Assembly (NCBI GenBank): GCA_051362555.1 | Contig: CM120646.1 | Coordinates: 620,001-684,000, forward strand | Source: Lingula anatina | Taxonomy: Eukaryota > Animalia > Brachiopoda | Reading direction: 5' to 3' | DNA: 64,000 nucleotides | Part shown: positions 28,962-41,257 of the stretch, in pieces | How positions within the stretch are numbered: the stretch's first letter is position 1 | Layout of the letters: each line of letters opens with the position of its first letter | Notes under the pieces: generated by a model | The model's input: only the letters and a program-made list of their open reading frames with translations | Told to the model about the DNA's origin: nothing | Database searches by the model: none | Translations under genes and position numbers: made by a program

Positions 28962-31868
28962 CTATTGTCATATTTATACAAGTATAAAATGAAAATTGGT
29001 ATGATCTGTCGATAAAATGTGATAAAGTGGAATTATTAAAATACATTTTGTTCATTAAAAATACGTACTGCTGATGGATAAAAACTATTTTTAGTGCGCG
29101 TGGAGGTTGCTTTTAATGACCGTAGTCGGCTTGTTGACATATGCATAAGTAGGCTATTCGCTGGGTGACCAGGGTCACCCGTGATTGACTTCACTTTCTT
29201 GAGCACTCGTCTCGTATACAAGCACTCAATAGACGGCAAGTCCCTACCCACAATGCGCCTGGTAGTTTTTACTACGCGATTGAGGCGATTCTTGTCCTCT
29301 GCTGTAGCACTACCGTACCAGACGGTGAAAGATTGTGTTAGTACACTCTCAATCACCGCCCGGTAAAATTTTGCCAGCAGTTCTTGGTTAACATAGAATG
29401 ACCTCAATCGCCGTAGAAAGTAAAGTCTTTGCTGAGCTTTACAGACAATATCATCTATGTTAGTGTGCCATTTAAGATCATCAGATATATGTATGCCAAG
29501 AAATTTTAAATGTCTGACTATTTCAACCTCAGAACCATTCAGCATAAGATGGCTAATTTCTGTTGGGTTTTTCCTAAAATCTACAATAATCTCTTTTGTC
29601 TTTTTAACACTTAGCTCGAGGTCGTTTTCAGAGCACCATGAAACAAGGGCCGAAACTTGATTTCGATAGTCAGACTCGGAAGTGCTAATAGGGCCAGCAC
29701 AGGTGGTATCATCCGCAAACTTAACAATCAAACAATCGGGATACGAAGCAACACAGTCGGATGTAAACAGTGAATATAAGAGAGGCGAGATGACGCAGCC
29801 CTGAGGCGTGCCAGTATTTATCTCTATAGTCTTGGAAAAGTTATTGACGACTTTGACCTGTTGAGTACGATTAATTAAGAAATTTAAAATCCAATTACTG
29901 AGTGATGTACTAAAATGGAGAGAGTTAATAAGTTTTTCGTGAAGTTTAAAAGGCGATATCGTGTTAAAAGCAGAGCTATAGACAATAAAAAGAAGTCGTG
30001 CATAGTTAGGGATTTTACGATCCAAAAAAGTAAGAACATTATGTAAAGTAATAGCAACAGCATCCTCAGTCGACCTGTTCTTACGATATGCAAATTGAAA
30101 AGGGTCGAAAGACGTCGGTAATTTTGATTTCACATGTTGCAGAACAAATTTCTCAAGCACCTTCATGACAATGGAAGTTAGAGCTACAGGCCTATAGTCA
30201 TTAAGACAGGTAACAGGTGTGCGCTTTGGAACAGGTATTATCACAGATTGTTTAAATATTTTTGGCACATAACTAGAGCGTAAAGACCAATTGTAGATGT
30301 TGCACAGTACACCAGAGAGTCACCCTGAGCTTCAGAGATAACTTGACACTAACCTCTTCACTATAGCCTATCTTCATCGTGTCAAGTTACCTCTGACGAA
30401 AATAGTTTGACCTAGTTTATACATGTATAAGCCAATCGAATCCATGTTTCAAAATTTTTCACCAAAGTTTGGTGAAAACGCTGATTGGTTGACCGTCAAT
30501 CGGCAATCCTGGGCTGATTCCGCAAGCTCCATACTAACAACATAGTTATTGTCGAGTGCGGAGACATCCGAGTAGTTCCGAGTGCATAACCGTACACAAA
30601 GAAAGCATGGAGTATATCGGAATTGAAACCAGAGCAGTTTGATGCCCTGCATAATTATCTACTGAGGGATGATGTATTTTGCGTGCTGCCCACAGGTTAC
30701 GACAAGTCCCTGATATTCAGCCTTATCTTTGATTGGTCCGGATTTGAACAAAGTGCGCCTTGACTCGTTCGCGTTCATTGGCTAGATCGTTCAATGAGTC
30801 ATTGAGTGCGGGCTTTAAATTTGATTGGCGGGCGGCGGAGGCAATCGAATGTGGTCAGAGGTAACTTGACACGATGAAGATAGGCTATAGTGAAGAGGTT
30901 AGTGGCAAGTTATCTCTGAAGCTCAGGGTGCAGAGAGCTCATCGGCACATAATTTCAGCAGCCTAGGTGTGATCCCATCCGGACCTGCCGCTTTCTTAAC
31001 TTTCAATCTAGTAAGACCAAGCCGGGTGTCTTCTACTGACAACTGGAAGGGTGCTTCTTCGTCTCGGGTACAGATGATAGGAGATTTAATATTTGGTCTG
31101 TCGAAGCGGGCGTAGAATCCATTCAACTTGTCTGGTAGGCTGGTGTCATCCGTGGGTGAGAGTTTGATTTTAGGTTTGTAGCCGGTGATTTTGTTCACTC
31201 CCTGCCAGAGCTCACTAGAATTACAGCTGGAGATGTCTGCCTCAAGTTTATCTCTGTACCGCAACTTAGCGCGCTTGATGGCCCGGCGCAGGTCATATTT
31301 TGACCGCTTGATAGCGTCCAAATCGCCCAATCTGAATGCTTCCTGTCTGGCAACAAGTTGTTTACGTACTGAGGAACAAAACCAAGGTTTGTTGTTCTGA
31401 TATGATGTAACAGTTTTACTCGGAATGCATAATTCCTCGCAGAATTTTATGTAGCTCATTGTCACTTCAGCACATTCATCAAGATCAGCTGAATCCCGGA
31501 GAAATAAGTCCCAGTCAGTGCATGCAAAACAGCCACGAAGTCGTTCTATTGCGTCCTCACTACATTGATGAATTACTCTACGTACCGGTTTTTCACGCTT
31601 CAGCTGTTGTTTGTATGCTGGGACGAGATGGATCATGTTGTGGTCTGACTTATCCAATGGTGGTCTTTTCAGTGATTTATAAGCACCCCTGATTGTTGTG
31701 TAACAGTGGTCTAATATTTTATCTTTCCTAGTATGGCACGATACTTGTTGAAAATACTTAGGTAAACCCTTTTTCAGGTTTGTGTGATTGAAATCTCCTG
31801 CTATGATAGACAGTATTCCTGGATTTGCATTTTCATAGTCTGTTATAATCTGTGTGAGTTGACTGAAC

Positions 31869-31870
<2 letters not shown>
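28921..31870 (-). mobile_element. 5'-truncated non-LTR retrotransposon (Rex1/Babar-like LINE): APE C-terminus + RT
   Basis: ORFs 30923-31870 (AGDFN...LDHCY...SDHN) and 29036-30268 (YRPVALTS, TGTPQG, KFADD, KAQQRLYFLRRL). Removing the MITE rejoins them in frame (KLCADELSGVLCNIYNWSLRSSYVPKIFK). (AAT)n lies on both sides. Confidence 0.92.
30321..30930 (+). mobile_element. Non-autonomous DNA transposon with ~77-bp TIRs and RecQ-helicase remnant (AcademH-like), copy 1
   Basis: TIR caccctgagcttcagagataac...gtcaagttacctctgac. Imperfect 8-9 bp TSD (cagagagt / cagagagc). Internal frame ISELKPEQFDALHNYLLRDDVFCVLPTGYDKSLIF. Confidence 0.8.
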
Positions 31871-31905
<35 letters not shown>

Positions 31906-31913
31906 TAATAATA

Positions 31914-34070
31914 ACTAGACTGCAACTGGCTTAAGCCAGTGGCGGAGGATTCCCCTGCAAAATAGGTGTGGAAACGCTCTTACAAGGTCATGTGAAGGTC
32001 ATGGGTTAAATTTGACCCCATATACTGAAAGAGCATGTGCGCATTGGGGGGGGGGGGGGGGGGGGGGGGCAACAAAACATCACTTTTAGGCCACTTCAAT
32101 ATTTCTCCATGAAATAGCCAAATGACCTTGAAAATGACGGTCAAGGTCAAATTTGACATTTGATTTGGGGGTGTTGGGTATATGTTTGGGGTAGTTTACT
32201 ATAGCATGTTATCACTGTAACCGAGGCACGACAACAAATGTATTGTCCTTTTAGAAAAATCTTTATTCGTACTATCTACACAGCCGATCACTAGACAGGA
32301 AGTAATACTATCAGCGAAACATATAAAGCAACACAATAAATGGGGATAAAAATTGTGTATACTTATCACTTTCTGCTCGACCTCCTTTAATTCCGCCGTC
32401 CACTGCAATTAACTAATGCCTGTACACATCCAGAAATGAAAGAATTAAATGCGTAGAGTCCGATTTCAAAATAATATAGTGAACACAGTTACAATTGTCA
32501 CTGTCCGTTTAGATCATGAAAGTCCTTGAATTCTGATTGACCACTGTCTCCGAATGAATACAAGGCCTCCGCTGTGGTGGATCTCATCACACGCAATAAT
32601 GGACCGGTGAATTACGAAGATGTACTCGCACATCAGTAACACCAGGGGATCGCATCGGTAACACAAGGGGATCGCATCGGGAATCACCAGGGGATCGCAT
32701 CGGAGAATCACATCTGGAATCACCAGGGAGTCACAACGGAGAATCGCACCTCGGAATCATCAGGGGATAACCCCGGGAAGTTGCACCTTGGAATCATCAG
32801 AGAATACTTCAGGAAAGTTATACCTCAGAATCACCATGGATTACCTCACCAGGAAGTAATACCGGTAAATCGTATCTGAATCACCAATCTGTCGGAGATC
32901 AGTCTGTAAGTCAGTTTTCATTGTAGCTCCACACTATGGAGAAGCGGAGAAGGATATCGATGAACCTCCTCTCAGAACCAATTTTACTATTATAAGTCCG
33001 CAAAGTGGAGATTTTGGAGCTCAATTTCCGATAGACCAAGATGTGATAATCTTAGATCGGCGAATAGTTAATTTAATGCTCAGAATATAATCGTATTTCT
33101 GACTTTGTCATAAGAAAGTCACGAGCTCACCTGTACAACTTTGTGCTTGATCGGAGCTCACGGCTTCATCAGAAAAGTGTATCCGATCTCAATGAAAGAA
33201 AAAACGATCCACATTTTAGTCCAGGAAAGTCACATTTGACTGCTGAGCATTTGGTAATCCTGTCGACTGCGCCATTTTTGTAACCGAGGCACGACAACAA
33301 ATGTATTGTCCTTTTAGAAAAATCTTTATTCGTACTATCTACACAGCCGATCACTGGTGTATCACACTTTGAATTACGCGCCAACCGCTTTTATAGTCCA
33401 GGGTCACATGACCCACGTGACATAAAAAGGGCGCTAACACCAGTATGCATATTCATATCACATATTTATATACAAGAGCTATTTATAATAAGGCACTTAT
33501 ATCAATGTACGCTACAATATACTATTACATATATATATATTTATACCTGTGAATACATGAAATACATGTACCCTATTACATCACAAAAAATCAATATTTC
33601 ATGGAGAAAATGACAGTCACTATTTCTGTGAAATTAATAATATTTAAAAATCTATATTAAAAAAACTAATCAGTCAATTGTCAATATTATTAGATACTGC
33701 ACTGGATAGATATCTAGGGCAACTTTTCACATCGCCTTGTGGCTCTGTGACATCTGGTTTACCCCCTGCCGAGTGTCAACCTCCTGGAGCATATTTTGCA
33801 ATAGGTTGACCTTGACCTGACCTACTTTCCTAAAATTAGGTCACTTGATATAGAATTATTGTGTGACCTCACCTGTGGAAGGATTTGTCAAAATGTTGAA
33901 AATTCTAGGAGATATTGCATTTGAAATTTGCAAAAATTTCACTTTAAAAGGCTCTGTGACCTTGAAAATTAGGTCAAGGTCAAAAAAATTGGGTGGACCG
34001 GAATAACTTTTCATAGGCTATCAGTATGAATTTTTTCAGAATTTTAGAAAGAACTTTTTTGACGAAAAAA

Positions 34071-34101
<31 letters not shown>

Positions 34102-34143
34102 AATACCAAAAACAATAGTATTCCCCTATGGGGAATCCTAATA
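31914..34143 (-). mobile_element. HINE-like non-autonomous Helentron (a second truncated copy begins at about 34144)
   Basis: ACTAG end, hairpin actggcttaagccagt, subTIR ggattcccc, (AAG)n, terminal palindrome attcccctatggggaat, and gtgaccttga/ggtcaaggtca motifs. Confidence 0.75.
32216..33580 (-). mobile_element. Deleted Gypsy-like LTR retroelement nested in the HINE
   Basis: TG...CA termini; 4-bp TSD tcac; 5' LTR 33279-33580; partial 3' LTR 32216-32292; PBS TGGCGCAGTCGACAGGA (33258-33274) resembling the complement of a tRNA-Ser 3' end. Confidence 0.8.
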
Positions 34144-35069
34144 ACTGGCTGAAGCCAGTGGCGGAGGATTCCCCTGCAAAATAGCATTAGGGGTGGAATG
34201 ACCTTGAAGAAAAAGGTCAATTACAAGGCCATGTGCTAAATCTGATCCCATATCTTGAAAGAGCATATGTGGATTAGGGGAGGTGGGTCAACAATACATC
34301 AGTTATCGGTAAAATTCATATTTACACAATGAGCTACACCTACTTCAACTTGTCAACTTTGTCCTAATTCTTACCAAACGTAACGTACGTAGGGGCCTAC
34401 ACGTACACGTACCCGGTAACAGAATTAGGGCACTCTGCCCTAAATCTTGAACGAAATACCAAAAACTGAGCGCCAATAACTTACCGTCCATATCCAGAGT
34501 ACCACCAGTTTCAGTCCATGACCTCACACGTTTAATATCACTGTGAGAATGTGTGTTTGTTTATCTAAGTTGCACCACCACTAGTAAACAATATGGATAA
34601 GAGACCGCTCCCGAACACAGGAATCAAATGTCCGCGCATGTGCGATAAGCGTATATAAACGTGTTACAATACTTGAAGGTGCAATAATTTGCTTAATTTG
34701 CAGTCAAAAGGTACAAAGGTGCACCAAAAGAGACCTTTGAGTTGTGAGTGATCACAGTGCCGTCTCTAGGGTCTTTGTTAACGTTGTTAACGCAATGGCA
34801 CATTTTTAAAACTTAAAAGTAACAAAACTGAGAATATGGGGGGTAATTTTAAATAAAAAGGGTGTTAAGAGGCAGTATTTAGCCCGTTGACATATTTTAT
34901 TTCCTCCAGTTTTTATATTTCTCAAAATCATCTGTGACACCGTCTATATCGATCCTAAATGTGACAAAATCGATACAGTGTGCATGATTTATGGTTTTCA
35001 GTTGTAAGGTTACCGGCGTTAAGAAAGGCAGTGCACTTTTGAAAACAGTTTCATAAAAGAATAATCAAA

Positions 35070-35960
35070 CGCCGATCAGCTGATTAAGCGGGTTATGTCA
35101 ACATTTCCAAGAAGTCGTAACTATAAACTGACTTGCGTGTATTGACATGGCATAAATAATAAATGGATAGAAACTGAAACGCTGGGGATTTTTTTGTTTA
35201 CGCCAAGAACAAATCAATACACCGTTGCTTCGTTGTTAGCTATATAATGGTCTTTTATACATACGGGAATTTTTTTGAGTGTAAGCTCGATTATCATGCC
35301 ATCTTTAGGGCTCTATTGTAACTAAATAATATTATTAACAGGATCACACATAGTCACAAAAACAGAGTTTGAATTTAAGTAAAAATGCGTTAAGAAGTGG
35401 TATTTAGTCTGTGAAAGCGTATAGTTTCGTCAAGATTTCTCTGTCTCACTATCAACACCTGGCACCGTCTATCTCCGGACGATTATGTGCATTAAGTCAA
35501 CATTTCCAAAAAGACGTAAAAAGAAACTGACTTGCGTGTGTTGACATGGCATAGATATTAAACGAATGGAAACATGCAGGACCGAGGATTTTTTTTTTTT
35601 TTTTTTTTTTTTTTTGTTTACTCTAAGAAGTATTAATCGTCACACTGCTGTTTCGTTGTCAGCTATAATGGAAATTCCCATAAGAAACTTTTCTACACAC
35701 GGGTATTTTTTTTTATTGTGAGCGCAATCATCACGCCATCTTTAGGGCCCTACTGTAACTAAACAATATCATTAATGCAACAAGACACAGAGTTTGCATA
35801 TGAGTAAAAAATGTGATAAGAGGTGGTACTTAGTCTGCTAACGTGTTTAGTTTCGTCAACTTTTTAAAAAATTTCCTCGCTATCAACCTCTGACACCGTC
35901 TATATCCAAACGTTTATGTGGGCTATGTCAAGATTTTCAAGAAGAAGTGACTAGAAACAG
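35070..35960. repeat. Degenerate ~420-bp tandem module, also dispersed at about 8600-9450, 12600-13450, 22520-22750 and 39380-40080
   Basis: Recurrent gtcaacatttccaagaag..ctgacttgcgtgtattgacatggc and acgccatctttaggg..tgtaacta motifs. Confidence 0.7.
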
Positions 35961-37240
35961 CTTTATGATATTGCTGTGTTTTTTTACTTCCCTAGCAAAA
36001 AAGTGTCACCCCTAACGCAATGCGTATACAGTGTATCAAGTGATACAGAAAATCATGTTAAACCAACGTCTGAAAGGGATTTTTTCACAAAAAAAAATAA
36101 TTCTACCACCAACGATAAACTAACCGTAGTAAAAAATCAAAACCACATTTTAGTAAATGAGCTAAAATGTTCTTGGTAGTTGGATCTTAAATGAAAATTG
36201 TAAAACGCAAACCGAAATAATTTCATACCGTTAGCTTACGGCCAACCTGGGCGTAGACCTTCATCAGACTGATGTGAGATGTTGATACTCACTGACCACT
36301 AGGTGGTATAGCGACCAGGACCCTCTTATAAATGTCAACTGTGAGCCAACGGATACAGTTAAAAAAGCTAGTGATTCTTCCTTATTGTAAAGGAATTTCA
36401 GAGAAAGTGTACTCACATATATAGTTAACCCACGCCTGTCTAAACTCAGACAGTGATTGTGGGGAGGGGCAAGGAAATGTAAGTATATACCTGTGTACAG
36501 GCAAGGTTAAAAGAAGAAGAACTAAATGCACATGTTTTTAATGCCTTATGGAAAGGAGAAGGGGGAGAAGGGGGTACCGCCGGAGTAATTTTCAGCCAAT
36601 TTTGACCATCATTAGATCTTGCTGTATCGAGGTGCCTTTGGCAACCACTTATCTTCTGACCACAAGCGTTTAAAATTCACTTACCTTCCCAATATGAATA
36701 ACAGTGACACCTGGACAGAACATTTGGATTGTTTTAATTGGTTTTATTATACAGCCACCATTTTGCTCCAAATTGTTGTATTTATTTGGCAAAATTAATT
36801 GCCCAGTACTAACTACCACATATTATATACAGCATACTAAACATAACATCAGTGTTATACATGTATATACTACAATTTTAAATATTTAGTATTCAAATAC
36901 ACAATCAGTACAAGTGGGGAATAAGTTTACAAGCATACAAACGTTAATTCTTTGCAGATGCAAATTATTTGCTTCTTTTGTCCTAACAGCCTATGTTGAC
37001 CATACATTACAGTACATTCTGATCATTATAGTATTGTCAACTTACTCGGCACTGTCCAGTAGAAATATGAAAATCAATATTCAAGGAATCAAAATTCCAA
37101 CCAAACAGAAGCATATGCTTTCAAAAATTTACAGTCACAGAAACGGAAATTAAAATTTGCAAGTCCAAAAAACCAAATAATACTGCAAGTGATCTCTTTG
37201 CAAATTGCACTCAACCTGAATTTCCAAGCACCTGTTCTTA

Positions 37241-37363
37241 TTACGTCAAGCTTTTCAGTCCAACCTCAAACTGTTCATCCGATAAAACTGAAAACGGAAC
37301 ATAAAGATACGATATTAAAGTCTTATGTCAAACATTATTCTGCATTTAGGTAACATATTTTGG

Positions 37364-37405
<42 letters not shown>

Positions 37406-38843
37406 CAGTAATAGAGCCCATAACTGATACGCATTATTTAAAGTTTGTCATCTGGACTAAAGACGAAAATAATGAATAAATATTATTATTTTTTATTAGC
37501 CAATATTTAACTGACAAGGAAATGAAGCAGAATGTATCTTGTATTACAGATATATACAGTATAACCCTACATGAAACACTCCTCACCAAGTCTCTGAATT
37601 TGAAAGTCTTCATTAGTGTCTTTACAGTGATCCAACATTGTTGCAAAATTTATACTGCGTCTGCAATATAAAATGTCGGTTATTGTCTTTTTGTTGAATT
37701 AAAATATGCCTTTTTTCCTAAGGAAAAATTTCGTACAAATTCAGATTTTAAAAGATTTAAATAGTAGCTTCAACTGGCAAAACCTGTGTACAACAAGATC
37801 CTCAACTGTGCAAAATGTCCTACTGAATTGGCCAACAAAATTTCTCTCAGTGGTTAATCAGGGACTGGTCTAGGATTATTTGAAGGGGCGTCCGCCGATG
37901 CAAAGCCCCCCCCCCCCCCCCCCCCCCCCTTGTCGTGGGGTTCGGGGTTCGCTACCCTGAGCTTCAGAGATAACTTGACACTAACCTCTTCACTATAGCC
38001 TCTCTTCATCGTGTCAAGTTACTTCTGACGAAAATAGTTTGGCCTAGTTTATATAAGCCAATCGAATCCAAGTTTCAAAAATTTTGCATAACCTTACACA
38101 AAGAAAGCATGGCGTCTCCTACGAGTGACTACGTAAAATAATGTGTTAAGTTATCTCTTGATTCTTTGCAAAATATGAGTATATCGGAATTGAAACCAGA
38201 GCAGTGTGAGGCCCTGCATCATTATCTACTGAGGGAATGTATTTTGCGTGCGGCCCACAGGTTACGGCAAGTCCCTGATGTTCAGCCTTTGATTGGTCCG
38301 GATTTTAACAAAGCGCGCTTTGGCTCGTTCGCGTTCAGTGGCTAGATCGTTCAATGAGTCATTGAGGGCGGGCTTTAAATTCGATTGGCGGGCGGTGGGG
38401 GCAATCGAATGTGGTCAGAGGTAACTTGACACGATGAAGATAGGCTATAGTGAAGAGGTTAGTGTCGAGTTATCTCTGAAGCTCAGGGTGGGGTTCTCTG
38501 AAAGAGGACGAAAAGTTTTGGTAATATAGATGGCGAACGGTGCTTGTTACGGTTTAGAACTATTGAGGGGGCCATTGGTGTGATTTTTTCTTTCAGAAAT
38601 GGAAGGGGGGTCAGGATCCCCTGACACCCCCCCCCCCCTCTAAATTCGCGACTTATATTAATAACCAGGCCCGATGTTGGTAGTCGTTTATTGTCATACC
38701 GTTATCTTACCTCAGTCCCATGAACTCCACCTCGACAGTGCCCCGGATGTTATCCTGGTACGCATGCTCCAAACACATGTTGACGTCACTGGGGTACATC
38801 ACCCACTCCATGTAACGTAACCATTGCCACACCACGTGCTCTC
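37241..38843 (-). CDS. Duplicated WWE 3' cassette, copy 2 (exons 38711-38843, 37587-37660, 37241-37287)
   Basis: Near-identical to the last three exons of gene A, with splice sites, phases and stop codon intact. Whether it is expressed is unknown. Confidence 0.6.
37953..38490 (+). mobile_element. Second copy of the AcademH-like MITE
   Basis: Same TIRs; TSD gggttcgc / gggttctc; internal ELKPEQ...PTGYGKSLMF (frameshifted). Absent from the homologous introns of cassette copies 1 and 3. Confidence 0.8.
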
Positions 38844-41072
38844 CTATAAGATTGTGAAAACACCAGCATTATCAGTGAACATTGGGGGGTAAGACAGTGC
38901 ACGGTGATAAAAATGATTCAGCATGATAAAATTAATGCTACTCCACGTACAGCCAATTCACTAGAATTCACTGCTTATATATGTACCAGCTCCAGACCCC
39001 CAAATGGACAGCTTAATCCCCAGATCAGAACCTCATTAAAAATGTGTGTGATATTCTGGGGGATTGATGAGTATTGTAGCGCTTGCGGAGTGATGGTGTT
39101 CCACATACGGTGCACAGATAGCATGGAATCATTTTTGTTTGAAGGTTTACCCCTCAGTCATCGATCCATAAGATGGACCTCCAGCATTTCCTGCGACACA
39201 AGTCTGGGTCTGGTAGTATCATAGCATGAGACAAAGCAAAGCACAGATTTCGGAGGGAATGAAAATTATTTTAAACGTCAATTTTAGGACTTACCGTCCA
39301 TACTAGAATTGCCGACCAGTGTAGCTTCAGGGATCTTAATTTTCAAGTCCGGAAAATAATGAACGGAAAAAAATTACAAGGCCGGGGATTTTTTTTACGG
39401 CAAGAAGTACAAAAGTCGTAAACACTGCAGGTGTAGTCATCACAACGTTCTTTGTTGTAGCTGAAATGGGCTTTGTAGTTGAGACTTTAATACAAATGGG
39501 GATTTTTTTTGAGTGTGAGCGTAATCATTACGCCATCTTTAGGGTGTCGCTGTAACTACACAAAACTGTTAACGCGATCACACCTTTTTGTAAAAAAGGA
39601 CTATAATTTTAAAACGAGTGTATCCATTATAGTAAGAAATAATTAAAGAGGTAGTTGTTTATAAATGAAAATTATCAAGCACATGTTGATCCTCACTGAC
39701 CGCTAGGTGGTATAGCGGCCAGGACCCTCTTCTGCTCACATCAGTACGCAGTATGTTGAAGGCCAGGAGATAAGAGGCGTCTGAATTTTAACACCAGTTT
39801 GGCATCGACCAAGCTGTTAGTAGTATATTAGTGATTAAAAAACCAGCTGTTTAACTGGGTTATTTCAACATTTCCAAGAAGTCATACTGGTGACGTGCAG
39901 CTGACTTGCATGTATTGATAAATGCCATTTATAATACACTGTATAGTGACCTCTTGGTCGGGGATTTTTTTGTTTACGCCAACAAGTGCAAATAAATGGT
40001 CACGCGCTGCCTTATACAGGGTTCATTACGCCATCTTTAGGGTCTCAGTGTAACTACACAAAATTGTTAGCGCGATAACACCCATTATATGAGCTACGTA
40101 AAAGCCCCGTGGACTTTGTAGATTTTGTGTACAAAGCGTATTAGCAGCATATACATGTACATGTATAATTTATTGATCAGCAGCACTGTGTTTTAGGCTC
40201 TGCGTGCTTTTATTGTCCATTACTCGTTGTTAATGTTGCCACACCAACCAGAAATAAACTACTACTACATGTATATTTGCCGAGCAGATATATACTGCAT
40301 AAGCAAGTTAAAGCTGTAGACAAATTTAGCACAGGAAAGGAAAAGATACATGTACTTGTTTTTTAAAATAATACGTGTGTTATACTGATTTTTGGCAAGA
40401 AGAAGAGGGAGAAGAGGGTACCGCCGGAGTAATTTAAGGTTCACGTTGGCCGCCTTGTCCCATTTTTCGGAAATTTTGTCCATCATTAGATGTTGCTGCT
40501 GTATCAAAGAGCCTTTGGCAACCACTTCTCTTCTGACGGAAAACGATCGAAGTTCACTCACCATCCCAGTGGGACACCAAAACAGTAAATTTGTACTTAT
40601 TTTATTGGATTTATTATACAAGCATCATTTTGCGATATTTATTTGGCAAAATGAATTGCCCAGTACTAAATACTACACATTATATACAGCACACTAAACA
40701 TAACATGCCAATTTAAAATCTTTAGTGTTCAAATACACAATCAAAACAAGTGGTAAGTAAGTTTACAAGCAAACGGACATTAATGCTTTGCAAGTGCAAA
40801 ATGATTTGTTTCAAAACTTCTCCTTTTGTCGCAATTACAACAGTCTATGTTGACCACATAAGAATATATTCAGAGCATGAAAGTATATTGTCAACTTACT
40901 ATGCAATGTCCAGTAGAAATATGAAAATCTATACTCCAGGTATCAAAATTCCAACAAATCGAAAACTTTACAGTTACAGGAATTGAAATGGGAAATTCAA
41001 AAAATCAAAAAATGCTGCAAGTGATCTCTTTTCAAATTGCACTCAACCTTGATTTTCTAGCACCTGTTCTAA

Positions 41073-41224
41073 TTATGTCAAGCTTTCCAGTGCAACCTCA
41101 AACTGTTCATCTGATAAAACTGAAAACAGAACATAAAGATACAATATAAAAGTCAGATAATAAACTGTACATCTATAATTCTCTTATGTCAAACCTTATT
41201 ATGCATTTAGGCAACACATTTTGG

Positions 41225-41257
<33 letters not shown>

